Positions 19,401-29,177 of a DNA stretch of 64,000 nucleotides are shown piece after piece. Numbering within the stretch: the first letter of the stretch is position 1; each line of letters starts with the position of its first letter. Location: the sequence record OR757435, one strand, 5' to 3'. Source of the DNA: Escherichia phage vB-EcoP-XT32. A model generated the notes under the pieces. It was not told where the DNA came from and searched no databases. It saw only the letters and a program-made list of their open reading frames with translations. The position numbers and the translations under genes are program-made.

Positions 19401-19927
19401 CAGTAGATACCATAACTGTTAGTCCTTCGTCGGTTGCAAGCCTTCCGACGGGGGCTACTCAGCAGTTTACAGCTACAGCACAAATCAGTGATAGCTCCAC
19501 ATCAACAACTGGATTTGTTTGGTCCGTTGAGGGTGGTGGGGCTATTTCTGTTTCTGGACTGTATACTGCACCGAGTGCGTCGCAAGAATCCCCGATTACA
19601 GTGAAAGCTACTAAAGGTGGTAAATCCGGTACATCTACGATCTCAGCTATTGCTGACCCTGAACCTACCCTTGTTAGCCGAGGGCCGATTTCAGGGAAGG
19701 TGGGTGGATCAACAACCGCATTCTCTACTATGTTTACAGCAACAAACTCTACCGGAAGTGACTATACTTTTGAGGTAACTCCTCCGGAAGCGGGCACTGT
19801 TAGTGCAGCTGGTCTTTTGACTCTTGCTGATACTGCTACGGGTGCAGTCTCTGTTACAGCTACACACGAGACTAAACCTCTTGTAACAGCCACTTGTGAA
19901 TTCACAGGTGTAACACCTGCTGCTTAA
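18339..19927 (+). CDS. major capsid protein long isoform with C-terminal Ig-like (Big_2-type) domain, predicted via -1 frameshift at 19379-19385
   Basis: -1 frame after the slippery site reads GKGSGGVTVDTITVSPSSVASLPTGATQQFTATAQ..., a Gly-rich linker plus a Big_2-like pattern; no start codon with RBS for an independent gene until 19601. Confidence 0.5.
19379..19385 (+). other. candidate -1 programmed ribosomal frameshift site (slippery heptamer G GGA AAG)
   Basis: GGGAAAG in the capsid zero frame 14 nt before its stop; the -1 frame is open from 19319 to 19927. Confidence 0.55.
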
Positions 19928-19932
19928 AATTA

Positions 19933-19965
19933 GACCCTGCCTTCGGGCGGGGTTTTTTCGTTTTA
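19933..19965 (+). terminator. rho-independent terminator after the capsid region
   Basis: ACCCTGCC-ttcg-GGCGGGGT followed by TTTTTTCGTTTT. Confidence 0.7.
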
Positions 19966-20028
19966 AGACCTATACAAGCTAGTGTGTAATGTATATTCTT
20001 TGTCTACATATAACAAGGAGGACAACCT

Positions 20029-20541
20029 ATGGCAATGCCAGATTTCAGAGGAGCTTTTACATATAACCCAAATACAGGGCATCTTTTCTGGTCTATGAGT
20101 AACATATTCAATAAACAGAAAGGGCAACGTGCTGGATGTATTAATAATAAGGGATATCGTGTACTAACCTTCAAGAAGAAATCGTACCTAGAGCACAGGG
20201 TCATAGCTGAACTCTTTCTTCCTAAAGTAGAAGGGAAGGATTATGTCAACCATAAGAATGGAATAAAAGATGATAACAGGATTGAGAATCTAGAGTGGTG
20301 TACTCAACAAGAAAACTGTGTACATGCTTATGAAACAAAACTCTCAACACCAAGAAATCTTGAGGATAACCCTAATTCCAAACTTACTAAAGAACAAGTT
20401 CTTTTCTGTTTAGAGAACTATAAACCGAGGGACAGACAGTTCGGAGCTAGAGCTTTAGCTAGGAAGTTTGGAGTCTCTTCAAGTACAATAAGCCTGATAA
20501 TCAATGGCACAAACTGGAAGGAGGTATCCTATGTTGCCTGA
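20029..20541 (+). CDS. HNH homing endonuclease (free-standing)
   Basis: GYRVLTF...EHRVIAELFL...VNHKNGIKDDNRIENLEW matches the HNH_3-type motif; AGGAGG RBS; inserted between capsid and tail genes. Confidence 0.75.
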   Translation: MAMPDFRGAFTYNPNTGHLFWSMSNIFNKQKGQRAGCINNKGYRVLTFKKKSYLEHRVIAELFLPKVEGKDYVNHKNGIKDDNRIENLEWCTQQENCVHAYETKLSTPRNLEDNPNSKLTKEQVLFCLENYKPRDRQFGARALARKFGVSSSTISLIINGTNWKEVSYVA

Positions 20542-21280
20542 CGTTCAATACCCCATCAATACCTATGGGTGGCTAAAGAAGGCCGTGGCCCTCTGGGCAG
20601 ATAGGGACGATGACGAATTTGTTAATCAAATTCCAAACTTTATTAACTTTGCAGAGAAAGAGATTTATCGTAATTTACGTATCCCTCCTCTGGAAAAAGA
20701 AGTGTATTTAGATATTAAAGATGGAGTAGCTTACATTCCTCCTGATTACTTAGAAGCTCAATGGATGATGAGAGCCAAAGATGGTACAATCTTCCAAGTA
20801 ACATCTCCTGAAGAGATTAGCTATCGTAGACAGCATGGAACAATTAACCCATCTCATTGGAACAATCAACCTGTTAACTTTGCTCGTTTCGGTAGTCGTT
20901 TCATTTTCTATCCTAGCATCGAAGCAGACACTCCGTATTACCCTGATGATGGAAGTCCTTTGATTCCAGCAGAAAACTCAGTAATTCTTAGTTATTATGC
21001 AGACCCACCGGAATTCCATGAAGACACAGACACTAGTGCTATTCTTACTATCGCACCAGAACTTCTTCTGTACTTTACTCTACGTCATGCTTGCTTGTTT
21101 GTTCAAGATGACAACGGAGTTCAGAAATGGTCAGCATTAGGAAAAGCTATCCTTGATGAAATGGTAGAGCAGAATAAGAAACAAGAGTACTCAGGTTCAC
21201 CTATCGCAATTCCGAATAACATGACTCGGCTTCAGAGCAGCTTGCCTGATATTTATGGTATTCGTACTTCTCGTGTATAA
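20531..21280 (+). CDS. virion structural protein (putative adaptor/tail component)
   Basis: Start moved to ATG 20531 (GGAGG RBS, 11-nt overlap with HNH gene); 249 aa; function by position only. Confidence 0.45.
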   Translation: MLPDVQYPINTYGWLKKAVALWADRDDDEFVNQIPNFINFAEKEIYRNLRIPPLEKEVYLDIKDGVAYIPPDYLEAQWMMRAKDGTIFQVTSPEEISYRRQHGTINPSHWNNQPVNFARFGSRFIFYPSIEADTPYYPDDGSPLIPAENSVILSYYADPPEFHEDTDTSAILTIAPELLLYFTLRHACLFVQDDNGVQKWSALGKAILDEMVEQNKKQEYSGSPIAIPNNMTRLQSSLPDIYGIRTSRV

Positions 21281-21289
21281 GGAGATAAT

Positions 21290-24200
21290 ATGATCAGTTA
21301 CAACAATTCAGCACCTACAGCGGTGAATAATGTAGGCCAATTTGGTGCTACAGAAGGATCAATTGGTGCTTATAAATCAGCGGCTGAGTATGCAGCTGAT
21401 GCTAAATATTGGGCGCTGTTATCCCAGACTAAATATTCTTCAGTAGATGAGATTCTTGCTGAGGTAGAACGTCTATACGCTCAAGGGTTCCTGCTAGAGT
21501 CTGACATTAAGCAACTTAAAGAAGACTTTGAAGCACAGAATCAGACTCTTCTAGGTCTTATTCAGTCTACGGGACAGGCTATTGACAATACAAATGCAGC
21601 TACAGATCTTTCAAGAGAAGCAACGCAGCAAGTCCTAGAACAGCTTGATATTATTTCTAATATGACGGTACAGACGACGCTACTACCCCCAGGTAGTTTG
21701 GCAACGGGTTCCTATGACAATACAACTGGTGTATTCTCTTTTGGTATTCCAGAAGGGAAGCCGGGTCGTGACGGAACAGATGGTACAATTTCAGACATTG
21801 GGGAAACTCCTGTTGGTATTCCTGTGTCGGATGATTATGGTTTTTTCGTAGATAAGGACTCTGGTGGGCTGTATAGAACCTCAATGGTTGACATTGCTAA
21901 TCTAATCCCCTCTGTTCGGTCAGTATCTCTTAATGGAGGTGTTGCTCAAACAGGAGAAGTTTCTTTACAGGTGGTTTCCAGTTTTAACTCACGGACAGGT
22001 GTTGTATCACCGCAGGCCGGAGACTATACTGTTGAGCAGATTACCGGTGCAGCTAAGAGTGGCTCTAACTCAGATATTACCTCCCTCTCAGGTCTAACCA
22101 CACCTCTCTCTCTGCTCCAAGGCGGTACGGGTTCTTCCACGGCAGAGGGGTCTAGATCTAATTTAGGATTAGGTGATGTTTCTGTAGAAAATATTGTTCC
22201 TATTTCGAAAGGTGGTACAGGAGCAATTAATACTACTATTGCTAGATCTAATTTAGGATTAGGTGATGTTTCTGTAGAAAATATTGTTCCTATTTCGAAA
22301 GGTGGTACAGGAGCAATTAATACTACTATTGCTAGATCTAATTTAGGATTAGGTGATGTTTCTGTAGAAAATATTGTTCCTATTTCGAAAGGTGGTACAG
22401 GAGCAATTAATACTACTATTGCTAGATCTAATTTAGGATTAGGTGATGTTTCTGTAGAAAATATTGTTCCTATTTCGAAAGGTGGTACAGGAGCAATTAA
22501 TACTACTATTGCTAGATCTAATTTAGGATTAGGTGATGTTTCTGTAGAAAATATTGTTCCTATTTCGAAAGGTGGTACAGGAGCAATTAATACTACTATT
22601 GCTAGATCTAATTTAGGATTAGGTGATGTTTCTGTAGAAAATATTGTTCCTATTTCGAAAGGTGGTACAGGAGCCTCTTCTCCGGACACGGCAAGGCTCG
22701 CACTGGTTGCGGCTAAGAGTGGGGCTAACTCAGATATTACTTCGATGACAAATAAGGTAACTTTTTCTCAACCTATACGTATACCAAACGCCGTTGAGAG
22801 TGACGAAGCAGTGGCATTAGGTCAGGTATCTAATGTGGTCTCTCAAGAACTAGGCCTGCCTACAGGGTTTAATCTTATTGGAGATCTCCCCTCTATTGAA
22901 CAACTTCAGACCTTAGAGGGAGCTTCTGTAGGTGACAAAGTCTTTGTAAGATCTTATGTCGAAGGGGCTAATATGGGAGGGGGTGTGTTTGTAGCAATAG
23001 ACAATTCAGAAACAGCTGATGGGGTGGTGGTTTTCAGTGGAGTTTCTGTAAAATGGAAGAGGTTGCTATTCTCTGGAGAAGCTTCTGTGTTTGATGCAGG
23101 CTACACTGGCAGCGGGGATATTGCTGTTTATATCAACAAAGTGAACTCCTCTGGTTACGATTGTATAGTTCCAACTTCTGGATCCGTATTATCTGAGATA
23201 GCTATTGACGTTTCTAAAGGAGCCTTGATAGGCTATAATAATTGTAAGCTTCAGGAAGGGGCTGGAGCAACAGGTCAATATTTCTTGAAGATTATAAATT
23301 CAAACACAGATTATGGGCTTAGAGATTCGATTTCTTCAACAGCTAAGATATCAGGAGTGTCCTTTGTTGGTCTAGGTGCCAGAAAGGTTGTAATTGGAGG
23401 GACTGATAGTGGGGAGGTGTCGGAAGTTCGGATAGAAAATTGTGGTTTTATCTCAACAGCTGGTCTTGAATTCCTTGATAATTCATATAGGATCCTTTTT
23501 GACAAATGTGCAATAAGTAGAAGCTTTACGGACACGGTTGTTTTTAAATCAAGAGCGAACTCTGGAGAAGTTATAAAGTTCAATCACTGCTGGTGCGTGG
23601 ATAACGGAGGACCTTTTACTTTTGAGAATGGACAATTCATCTTTGATACGTGTTCACTTCCTGCTGGGAAAAAGTCTGGATATTTTGACCCAACCATTAT
23701 AATGACAGACAACGCCACAGTTGTTTTTTCTAATGGGAACATTGAGTATCAACCGGATCAGTCTTTTGTTTCTTTTTCTGTTAATGGTAGTTCGAGATTG
23801 AGCATAAAAGATTCGACAATTTTGGTCCCTGTAGGTTTTAGTTCTGTCCCTATAGTAAGTAATGGGGATGGTTTTGTTTCTCTGACAAACTGCTCTCTAC
23901 CTCTGTATGGCAACAATACTCTAGCCACTGGTTTCCCTACTCGCCAACTCATCGGCGGTGATAGTAAGAGAGTTGTGTCTAACGGATGTTACCCTAGAGC
24001 TGGTTTTGTCTTAAGTAGGTGGGATCTTGGATCTATTGTAAGCCCTTACATTAATAGTCTTAGTAATGGTTCCGGGCAATTCTTAAATACATCTAACTGG
24101 ACATTTAGTCAAACAGGATCAGGGGTAGTGTCAGTTTCTCAACCCAATGATGTTCCGAGTTCGTCTCCTATGTTTAACACATCATTCTCTTTTGGTGTCC

Positions 24201-24505
24201 CAGATACGACTAGCTCGGCAAACTTCACCCAATCAGTGAGTGAGTGTCATCCCGGAAGATACTTTCAGTTTGGTTTTTGGGCTAAGAATACAACCACTAC
24301 ACTAGCATCTATTAGGTTTCTAGATTCAGCAGGTAATGCAGTTTCTGAGTCTATTGGATATTACATACCTAGTAACAACTCGTTCAGTTTCTATGCTGTT
24401 ATTGATTCAGTTCCTCCAGGGTCCAGTAAGGCTGAAATTAATTTCAACATAGGTGGCGCAGTTGGGGGGTGTGTTCTTCACAACATCATCTATGGATTGA
24501 TATGA
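21290..24505 (+). CDS. tailspike/tail fibre protein with tandem 30-aa repeats and C-terminal beta-helix-like domain
   Basis: 1071 aa; N-terminal helical region; AAKSG(S/A)NSDITS fibre-type motifs; 5.8 identical repeats RSNLGLGDVSVENIVPISKGGTGAINTTIA; C-terminal half rich in NG/GS turns with Cys-containing rungs typical of right-handed beta-helix enzymes. Confidence 0.65.
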   Translation: MISYNNSAPTAVNNVGQFGATEGSIGAYKSAAEYAADAKYWALLSQTKYSSVDEILAEVERLYAQGFLLESDIKQLKEDFEAQNQTLLGLIQSTGQAIDNTNAATDLSREATQQVLEQLDIISNMTVQTTLLPPGSLATGSYDNTTGVFSFGIPEGKPGRDGTDGTISDIGETPVGIPVSDDYGFFVDKDSGGLYRTSMVDIANLIPSVRSVSLNGGVAQTGEVSLQVVSSFNSRTGVVSPQAGDYTVEQITGAAKSGSNSDITSLSGLTTPLSLLQGGTGSSTAEGSRSNLGLGDVSVENIVPISKGGTGAINTTIARSNLGLGDVSVENIVPISKGGTGAINTTIARSNLGLGDVSVENIVPISKGGTGAINTTIARSNLGLGDVSVENIVPISKGGTGAINTTIARSNLGLGDVSVENIVPISKGGTGAINTTIARSNLGLGDVSVENIVPISKGGTGASSPDTARLALVAAKSGANSDITSMTNKVTFSQPIRIPNAVESDEAVALGQVSNVVSQELGLPTGFNLIGDLPSIEQLQTLEGASVGDKVFVRSYVEGANMGGGVFVAIDNSETADGVVVFSGVSVKWKRLLFSGEASVFDAGYTGSGDIAVYINKVNSSGYDCIVPTSGSVLSEIAIDVSKGALIGYNNCKLQEGAGATGQYFLKIINSNTDYGLRDSISSTAKISGVSFVGLGARKVVIGGTDSGEVSEVRIENCGFISTAGLEFLDNSYRILFDKCAISRSFTDTVVFKSRANSGEVIKFNHCWCVDNGGPFTFENGQFIFDTCSLPAGKKSGYFDPTIIMTDNATVVFSNGNIEYQPDQSFVSFSVNGSSRLSIKDSTILVPVGFSSVPIVSNGDGFVSLTNCSLPLYGNNTLATGFPTRQLIGGDSKRVVSNGCYPRAGFVLSRWDLGSIVSPYINSLSNGSGQFLNTSNWTFSQTGSGVVSVSQPNDVPSSSPMFNTSFSFGVPDTTSSANFTQSVSECHPGRYFQFGFWAKNTTTTLASIRFLDSAGNAVSESIGYYIPSNNSFSFYAVIDSVPPGSSKAEINFNIGGAVGGCVLHNIIYGLI
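22152..22674 (+). repeat. perfect tandem repeat, 90-bp unit x about 5.8 copies, in-frame inside the tailspike gene
   Basis: Units start at 22154, 22244, 22334, 22424, 22514, 22604 and are identical at nucleotide level. Confidence 0.9.
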
Positions 24506-24534
24506 TCTTGATACTCTATATGTGATAAGAACAG

Positions 24535-24572
24535 CCCATCAAGAATTTTTAGCAGTACCTTTTCTTGATGGG
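24535..24572 (+). other. 10-bp perfect stem-loop downstream of the tailspike gene
   Basis: CCCATCAAGA ... TCTTGATGGG with 19-nt loop; no clear U-tract. Confidence 0.4.
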
Positions 24573-24620
24573 TAATGAAACTAATATATCTCAAGAGGTT
24601 AATATATAGGAGACACTTAA

Positions 24621-24839
24621 ATGAAAATGATGAAACAAGCTGCATATGGTTTGGTGTGTTTAGGTGCAGGTGTTGTGGTGTCGACCGCAGTTCCTGTAGG
24701 TGCAGTTCACCCATTAGTAAATATCCCTGCTCCAGTAGAGAAACTTAGTTCTCAATGTAAGCAGAGAATAATTCAAAATAACTTAGTTGTTATTTGTCCT
24801 GATGCTGAATCTAACGCTCTGAGAAAGATATTACCTTAA
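24621..24839 (+). CDS. small protein with N-terminal hydrophobic segment (signal-anchor; weak holin candidate)
   Basis: 72 aa; AAYGLVCLGAGVVVSTAVPVGAV hydrophobic stretch; directly upstream of the lysozyme gene. Confidence 0.35.
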   Translation: MKMMKQAAYGLVCLGAGVVVSTAVPVGAVHPLVNIPAPVEKLSSQCKQRIIQNNLVVICPDAESNALRKILP

Positions 24840-24868
24840 TCTAAAGGGACTACAAAAGGAGGTTAGAA

Positions 24869-25360
24869 ATGGATAACGCCGCATTGCCACCTGTACAATT
24901 AAACTTAAGCCCAGCTGGAATTGAATTTATCATGAAGCATGAGGGTATGAGAACTAAGGCTTATAAAGATTCCGCAGGTATCTGGACGATATGTGTAGGG
25001 GCTACGCGCGATATGAATGGTTATCCGGTTAGACAAGGATTAACGTATTCTATAGAGGATTGTCTAGCTCTGCTAGATAGAGACACACAAGACTCTGTTC
25101 GTGCTACTCAGAAGAACATAAAGGTTCCTTTGCTAGTTCATGAGTTTGATGCACTCACCTCTTTCAACTTTAATGTTGGTAGTGGGGCTTTGAGCACATC
25201 TAAGTTAAGGAAGGTTATCAATGGAGACGTTAAAGGGGATGTATATTCTGAATTTCTTCGTTGGGATAAGATAACGGTCAAGGGAGTGAAGCAGAGAAGT
25301 CAGGGTCTTCATAACAGAAGGGTTGCAGAAGCTGATCTTTATACCGAAGGTAAATATTAA
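24869..25360 (+). CDS. lysozyme (T4-e/GH24-like muramidase)
   Basis: FIMKHEGMRTKAYKDSAGIWTICVG matches the GH24 catalytic region (E..EG.R...YKD..G..TIG.G); AAGGAGG RBS. Confidence 0.75.
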   Translation: MDNAALPPVQLNLSPAGIEFIMKHEGMRTKAYKDSAGIWTICVGATRDMNGYPVRQGLTYSIEDCLALLDRDTQDSVRATQKNIKVPLLVHEFDALTSFNFNVGSGALSTSKLRKVINGDVKGDVYSEFLRWDKITVKGVKQRSQGLHNRRVAEADLYTEGKY

Positions 25361-25372
25361 TGGAGGTGCCTC

Positions 25373-26176
25373 TTGGCTATTGAAACTAATGCGGTAGTAG
25401 TTACCGACTTAAACCCTCTCTATCCTCGTGATAGAGATTATATCTATGAAGGTGCAGCCCAGCTGCGCCTAGTTAAGCAAGTATTACAGAACACATTCCC
25501 CAACTTAACTGAGCCTATGACAGTAGATTCTGATACACTAGCCGCCATCTCTGACAAGATCTCTTTTGCTGGTGACTATATGGATGTTGGTGGTCTGATG
25601 ATTAAGAACGGTACAGCAGGTACTGGTAATAGCGACTTTACCACCAAAGCTCAAATGGAATCTTTTATGCTCAACTGGATGCAGAATAAGATTTACAGGG
25701 TTGGGTCTTATTACATCACTGAGGAAGATATTAACCCTGGAGATTCTACATCTTTAGGGTTTGGTATCTGGACAGCAGTTACTGGTGTTATCATGGGTGC
25801 TGGGGTTGTGAACCCTGATGGGACAGTCCCTAATGCTCAGCGTGTGGAGTTTACTGCTGGTGCTACAGGTGGTCGTGTTTACAACACAGTTAAGACAGAG
25901 AACCTGCCATTGACTACAATCTCTGGTTCAAGTTTTTCTCTTTCTAACTATACACACTCACACACTACATCATTTGGACGTGGAGATGCAAGTGGTCATA
26001 ATAGCTCACCTAACTGGTACAGTCCAGGTAGTGGATATTCTGCTGTAACAAGTTCTGATACCCACACCCACTCTATCACTGGCAATGCAACATTTGGCTA
26101 TGATGACGTATCTCGTCAACCTATAAATACGCTACCACCTTTCCGTGCAGCATATATCTGGAGACGTATTAGTTAA
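25373..26176 (+). CDS. tail fibre-like protein with C-terminal His-x-His motifs
   Basis: TTG start with GGAGGTG RBS; C-terminus YTHSHTTSFG ... DTHTHSITG resembles HxH metal-binding motifs of phage fibre tips. Confidence 0.45.
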   Translation: MAIETNAVVVTDLNPLYPRDRDYIYEGAAQLRLVKQVLQNTFPNLTEPMTVDSDTLAAISDKISFAGDYMDVGGLMIKNGTAGTGNSDFTTKAQMESFMLNWMQNKIYRVGSYYITEEDINPGDSTSLGFGIWTAVTGVIMGAGVVNPDGTVPNAQRVEFTAGATGGRVYNTVKTENLPLTTISGSSFSLSNYTHSHTTSFGRGDASGHNSSPNWYSPGSGYSAVTSSDTHTHSITGNATFGYDDVSRQPINTLPPFRAAYIWRRIS

Positions 26177-26185
26177 GGAGGAAGT

Positions 26186-29143
26186 ATGGCTCTCTACCCA
26201 ATAAAATCTTTGGGTGCGGTTGGTGTTATTGCCGACCAATCTCCTACAGATCTGGCTCCTAATGCATTCACTAATGCAATCAATGCTCGGTTTGTAGAAC
26301 AGCGTGTGTTTAAAACGGGGGGCTCTGCCCCTCTTTCTTACGTTGAGAGTGATAAAGAAATAAAACCATTATCATTCGCTTCAATGCCTTTTGACTACTT
26401 TAGCGCTAACAATAGCTTCTTGCTGGTAGGTACAGATAAGAGTATTTTTAGACTGAACAACGAATCTATGATTGATGTTAGTCGAAGAGTGGCTACAGTC
26501 ACCAAAAAAGCTGTGTCTTATGTTAAGATAAATCCTGTACTAACGGAGATCATCCCTAAAGAAACGTCTGTCATTATGAATTTTAATGAAAGCAAGACTC
26601 TTGAGGTATCTCTTCTTCCGGAGGGTGTTACTACACCATCTCTTGTGTGGGAGGTTAGTAATCCTTCTTATGGTTCAATACTAGTTGATCCTGATGATAG
26701 TAAGAAAGCTACATTGAGTGTCTTATCTAATGAGGGCAGCTTTACTGTCACTGTCTCTAATGAAGATGATTCTGTGACTGCCAGCATCTCCGTAAGGGTT
26801 GTTGATTCTGATTCTGGTATCTTCCTTAACCGGGACTCTGTCCAACTCCGTAAAGGCGGAACAACCACACTTACAGCAACATCCAGTAAGACCCCTCTAA
26901 CATGGACTTCTTCTAACCCAGCCATTATTTCTGTAGCTCCTAACGGTGATACTACTACAGCAGTTTTATCCGCTCAAGGAGTAGGTAATGCACTAATAAC
27001 TGCAAGCAATGGGTCTAAGACCTCAGAATGTTCTGTTAGTGTTATTAATCAAATTGACAGTATATCTTTGAGTCAAACAGATTTACAAATTAACCGTGGG
27101 GCGTCATATGTCTTGTATGCTAGTTTAATCCCATCAAATGCTGCAAATCAGAAAATAACTTGGACCTCCTCTAATCCAAATATTGCTACTGTTTCTGGAA
27201 CAGGTCTTCAAGGTACTATCTCTGGACTCACAGCTGGGTTCACAGTTATAACAGCAACTACGGAAGAAGGTGAGAGGACAGCTACCTGTAGTGTTAGAGT
27301 TGAGCTGTCAAGTAGAACCCTTTTTGCTGCTGCATCAGCTCCTCCTGAAGAACCGAGTTCTACGGATTCAGGTATCGACACTTCGGCTATGTCAGAGGGC
27401 AACCCTTTTTATGACTATTCTATGGTTGATGGAGTCGAAGCCTATTCTTTAAATGCAGTTATGTCAAGGTCAGCTCAACTTGAAACTTTAACTCTTGACA
27501 TTGTGGATACTGAAATTGATGTTGGAGATGAATTAGTAATAACTGCAACGGCATTCCCTGAAGGAGACTATCTTTATAATTGGGTGGTAGATCAGCCGGG
27601 ATATGTATCCTCTACTTCCACTACTGGGCCTTCCTTTACCTTAACTGCTATTAAGACTGGCAAAGTGAAGATAACCTGTACTGCTAGTCAGGTAGCTCGT
27701 AGAGACTATGAAGCGTTTGAGGAATATCCTTGGTACAATACGATTATTTCTAACTGCGCAGTATTCACCACTCACTACGAAACCCCTCAAGTAAAAGAGT
27801 TTGCCTCTGAGTACTTCACAGATCTTCCGGGGTGGGGGGAGCAGACGATAGTTGATGCTAACGGAAACCCATCTGTTGTAAAATATAACTGGAAGTGCGA
27901 AAGGATTCGTGCATTTAATAATCGCCTATTTGCTCTTAATATGCGAGAGTCTAATGCATCAGGGGTTACCACTCACTATCCTCTTCGCCTTCGCTGGTCT
28001 AATTACGCTAATGAGAATAAGGCACCTACTTTATGGGATGATTTTGCTTACGATAGATATGTGACTTCAGACTTAGCGGCAAACGTTGTAGGTCAGACTG
28101 AGGCTCTGGAAAATGGATATGCTGGGTATATAGATTTAGCTGACTCAAACGGTAGTTTAGTTGAGATTCTTCCTCTTAAGGATTACTTATTTATCTACAC
28201 AGAGTTTGAGACTTACATCGGATCCCCAACTAACAACACATATCAACCACTAATGTTCAAGAAGCTCTTCAACGATTCTGGAATCTTAGCTCCTGAGTGT
28301 GTGGTTGAAGTTGAGAGCAGTCACTTTGTTGTTACTCAGAATGATGTTATTCTACACAATGGTGCAACTAAGAAATCTATTGCATCCAACAGGGTCAAGA
28401 ACATGCTTATCAACGAAATCTGTTTAGTAAACCCTTTAGCCACTAAGGTTCACTTACATCAAGATAAGAAGGAAGTGTGGATTCTCTATGTTGGACCCGG
28501 AGAGCCTGCTGGGAGTTTTGCTTGTACTAAAGCCGCTGTATGGAACTATGAGTTTGATACATGGTCTTTCCGTACAATCCCATTCTCTCATTGTATCGGT
28601 TTAGTTGATCCTCCAACTCTAGAGAAAGGTCCTACTTGGGTGGATTTCCAAGAGTATACTTGGGATGACCCTTCAATCAGTGAACTTGTGTGGAGAAAGG
28701 ATTCTACTAACTTCCGTCAGAGAGTCACTGTAGTAGGTTCTTGGATGAAAGGCTTTTACCAAGTGGATGTAGGTCCTTATGACTACTCATTCGATAGGTT
28801 GAATGATATTGTTGTCAGGAAGCCTTTAGAGATGAAACTGGAAAGAACTGGTATAGATTTTGACAATGTAACTAACGAATGGAATCAGAAGCACATAAAC
28901 CGATTCCGTCCACAAGTAACAGGGTCAGGTACCTATATATTCCAAGCTGGCGGTAGTCAGTATTCTGATCAGGAAGATAGACATATTCACAGTGAAAAGT
29001 CTTATACGATTGGTGTGGACAGACATGTAGGTGTCCGACTGAACCATCCGTATCTATTCTATAATGTTATAGATAATGATGTTAACAGTAATGCAGCTAT
29101 CAATGGCCTAACTATTGAATTTGCTGTTGGCGGGCGAAGATAA
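26186..29143 (+). CDS. tail protein with multiple Ig-like (Big_2) domains
   Basis: 985 aa; at least three Big_2-like segments (e.g. TLTATSSKTPLTWTSSNPAIISVAPNGDTTTAVLSAQGVGNALITA); AAGGAGG RBS. Confidence 0.55.
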   Translation: MALYPIKSLGAVGVIADQSPTDLAPNAFTNAINARFVEQRVFKTGGSAPLSYVESDKEIKPLSFASMPFDYFSANNSFLLVGTDKSIFRLNNESMIDVSRRVATVTKKAVSYVKINPVLTEIIPKETSVIMNFNESKTLEVSLLPEGVTTPSLVWEVSNPSYGSILVDPDDSKKATLSVLSNEGSFTVTVSNEDDSVTASISVRVVDSDSGIFLNRDSVQLRKGGTTTLTATSSKTPLTWTSSNPAIISVAPNGDTTTAVLSAQGVGNALITASNGSKTSECSVSVINQIDSISLSQTDLQINRGASYVLYASLIPSNAANQKITWTSSNPNIATVSGTGLQGTISGLTAGFTVITATTEEGERTATCSVRVELSSRTLFAAASAPPEEPSSTDSGIDTSAMSEGNPFYDYSMVDGVEAYSLNAVMSRSAQLETLTLDIVDTEIDVGDELVITATAFPEGDYLYNWVVDQPGYVSSTSTTGPSFTLTAIKTGKVKITCTASQVARRDYEAFEEYPWYNTIISNCAVFTTHYETPQVKEFASEYFTDLPGWGEQTIVDANGNPSVVKYNWKCERIRAFNNRLFALNMRESNASGVTTHYPLRLRWSNYANENKAPTLWDDFAYDRYVTSDLAANVVGQTEALENGYAGYIDLADSNGSLVEILPLKDYLFIYTEFETYIGSPTNNTYQPLMFKKLFNDSGILAPECVVEVESSHFVVTQNDVILHNGATKKSIASNRVKNMLINEICLVNPLATKVHLHQDKKEVWILYVGPGEPAGSFACTKAAVWNYEFDTWSFRTIPFSHCIGLVDPPTLEKGPTWVDFQEYTWDDPSISELVWRKDSTNFRQRVTVVGSWMKGFYQVDVGPYDYSFDRLNDIVVRKPLEMKLERTGIDFDNVTNEWNQKHINRFRPQVTGSGTYIFQAGGSQYSDQEDRHIHSEKSYTIGVDRHVGVRLNHPYLFYNVIDNDVNSNAAINGLTIEFAVGGRR

Positions 29144-29146
29144 TAC

Positions 29147-29177
29147 TAAGGGAGCTTCGTGCTCCCTTTTCTTGTTT
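29147..29177 (+). terminator. rho-independent terminator
   Basis: AAGGGAGC-ttcgt-GCTCCCTT followed by TTCTTGTTT. Confidence 0.65.

Noticed and set aside
22152-22674. Possible CRISPR array (regular direct repeats)
   Set aside because: Units are contiguous with no spacers and lie in frame within a structural gene; the TTAAAGAGCGG copies at 6925-7558 are short and irregularly spaced, so neither resembles repeat-spacer architecture.
22024-22689. 221-aa minus-strand ORF with repeated VPPFEIGTIFSTETSPNPKLDLAIVVLIAP units
   Set aside because: Antisense read-through of the perfect 90-bp tandem repeats inside the tailspike gene; periodicity is imposed by the sense-strand repeats.
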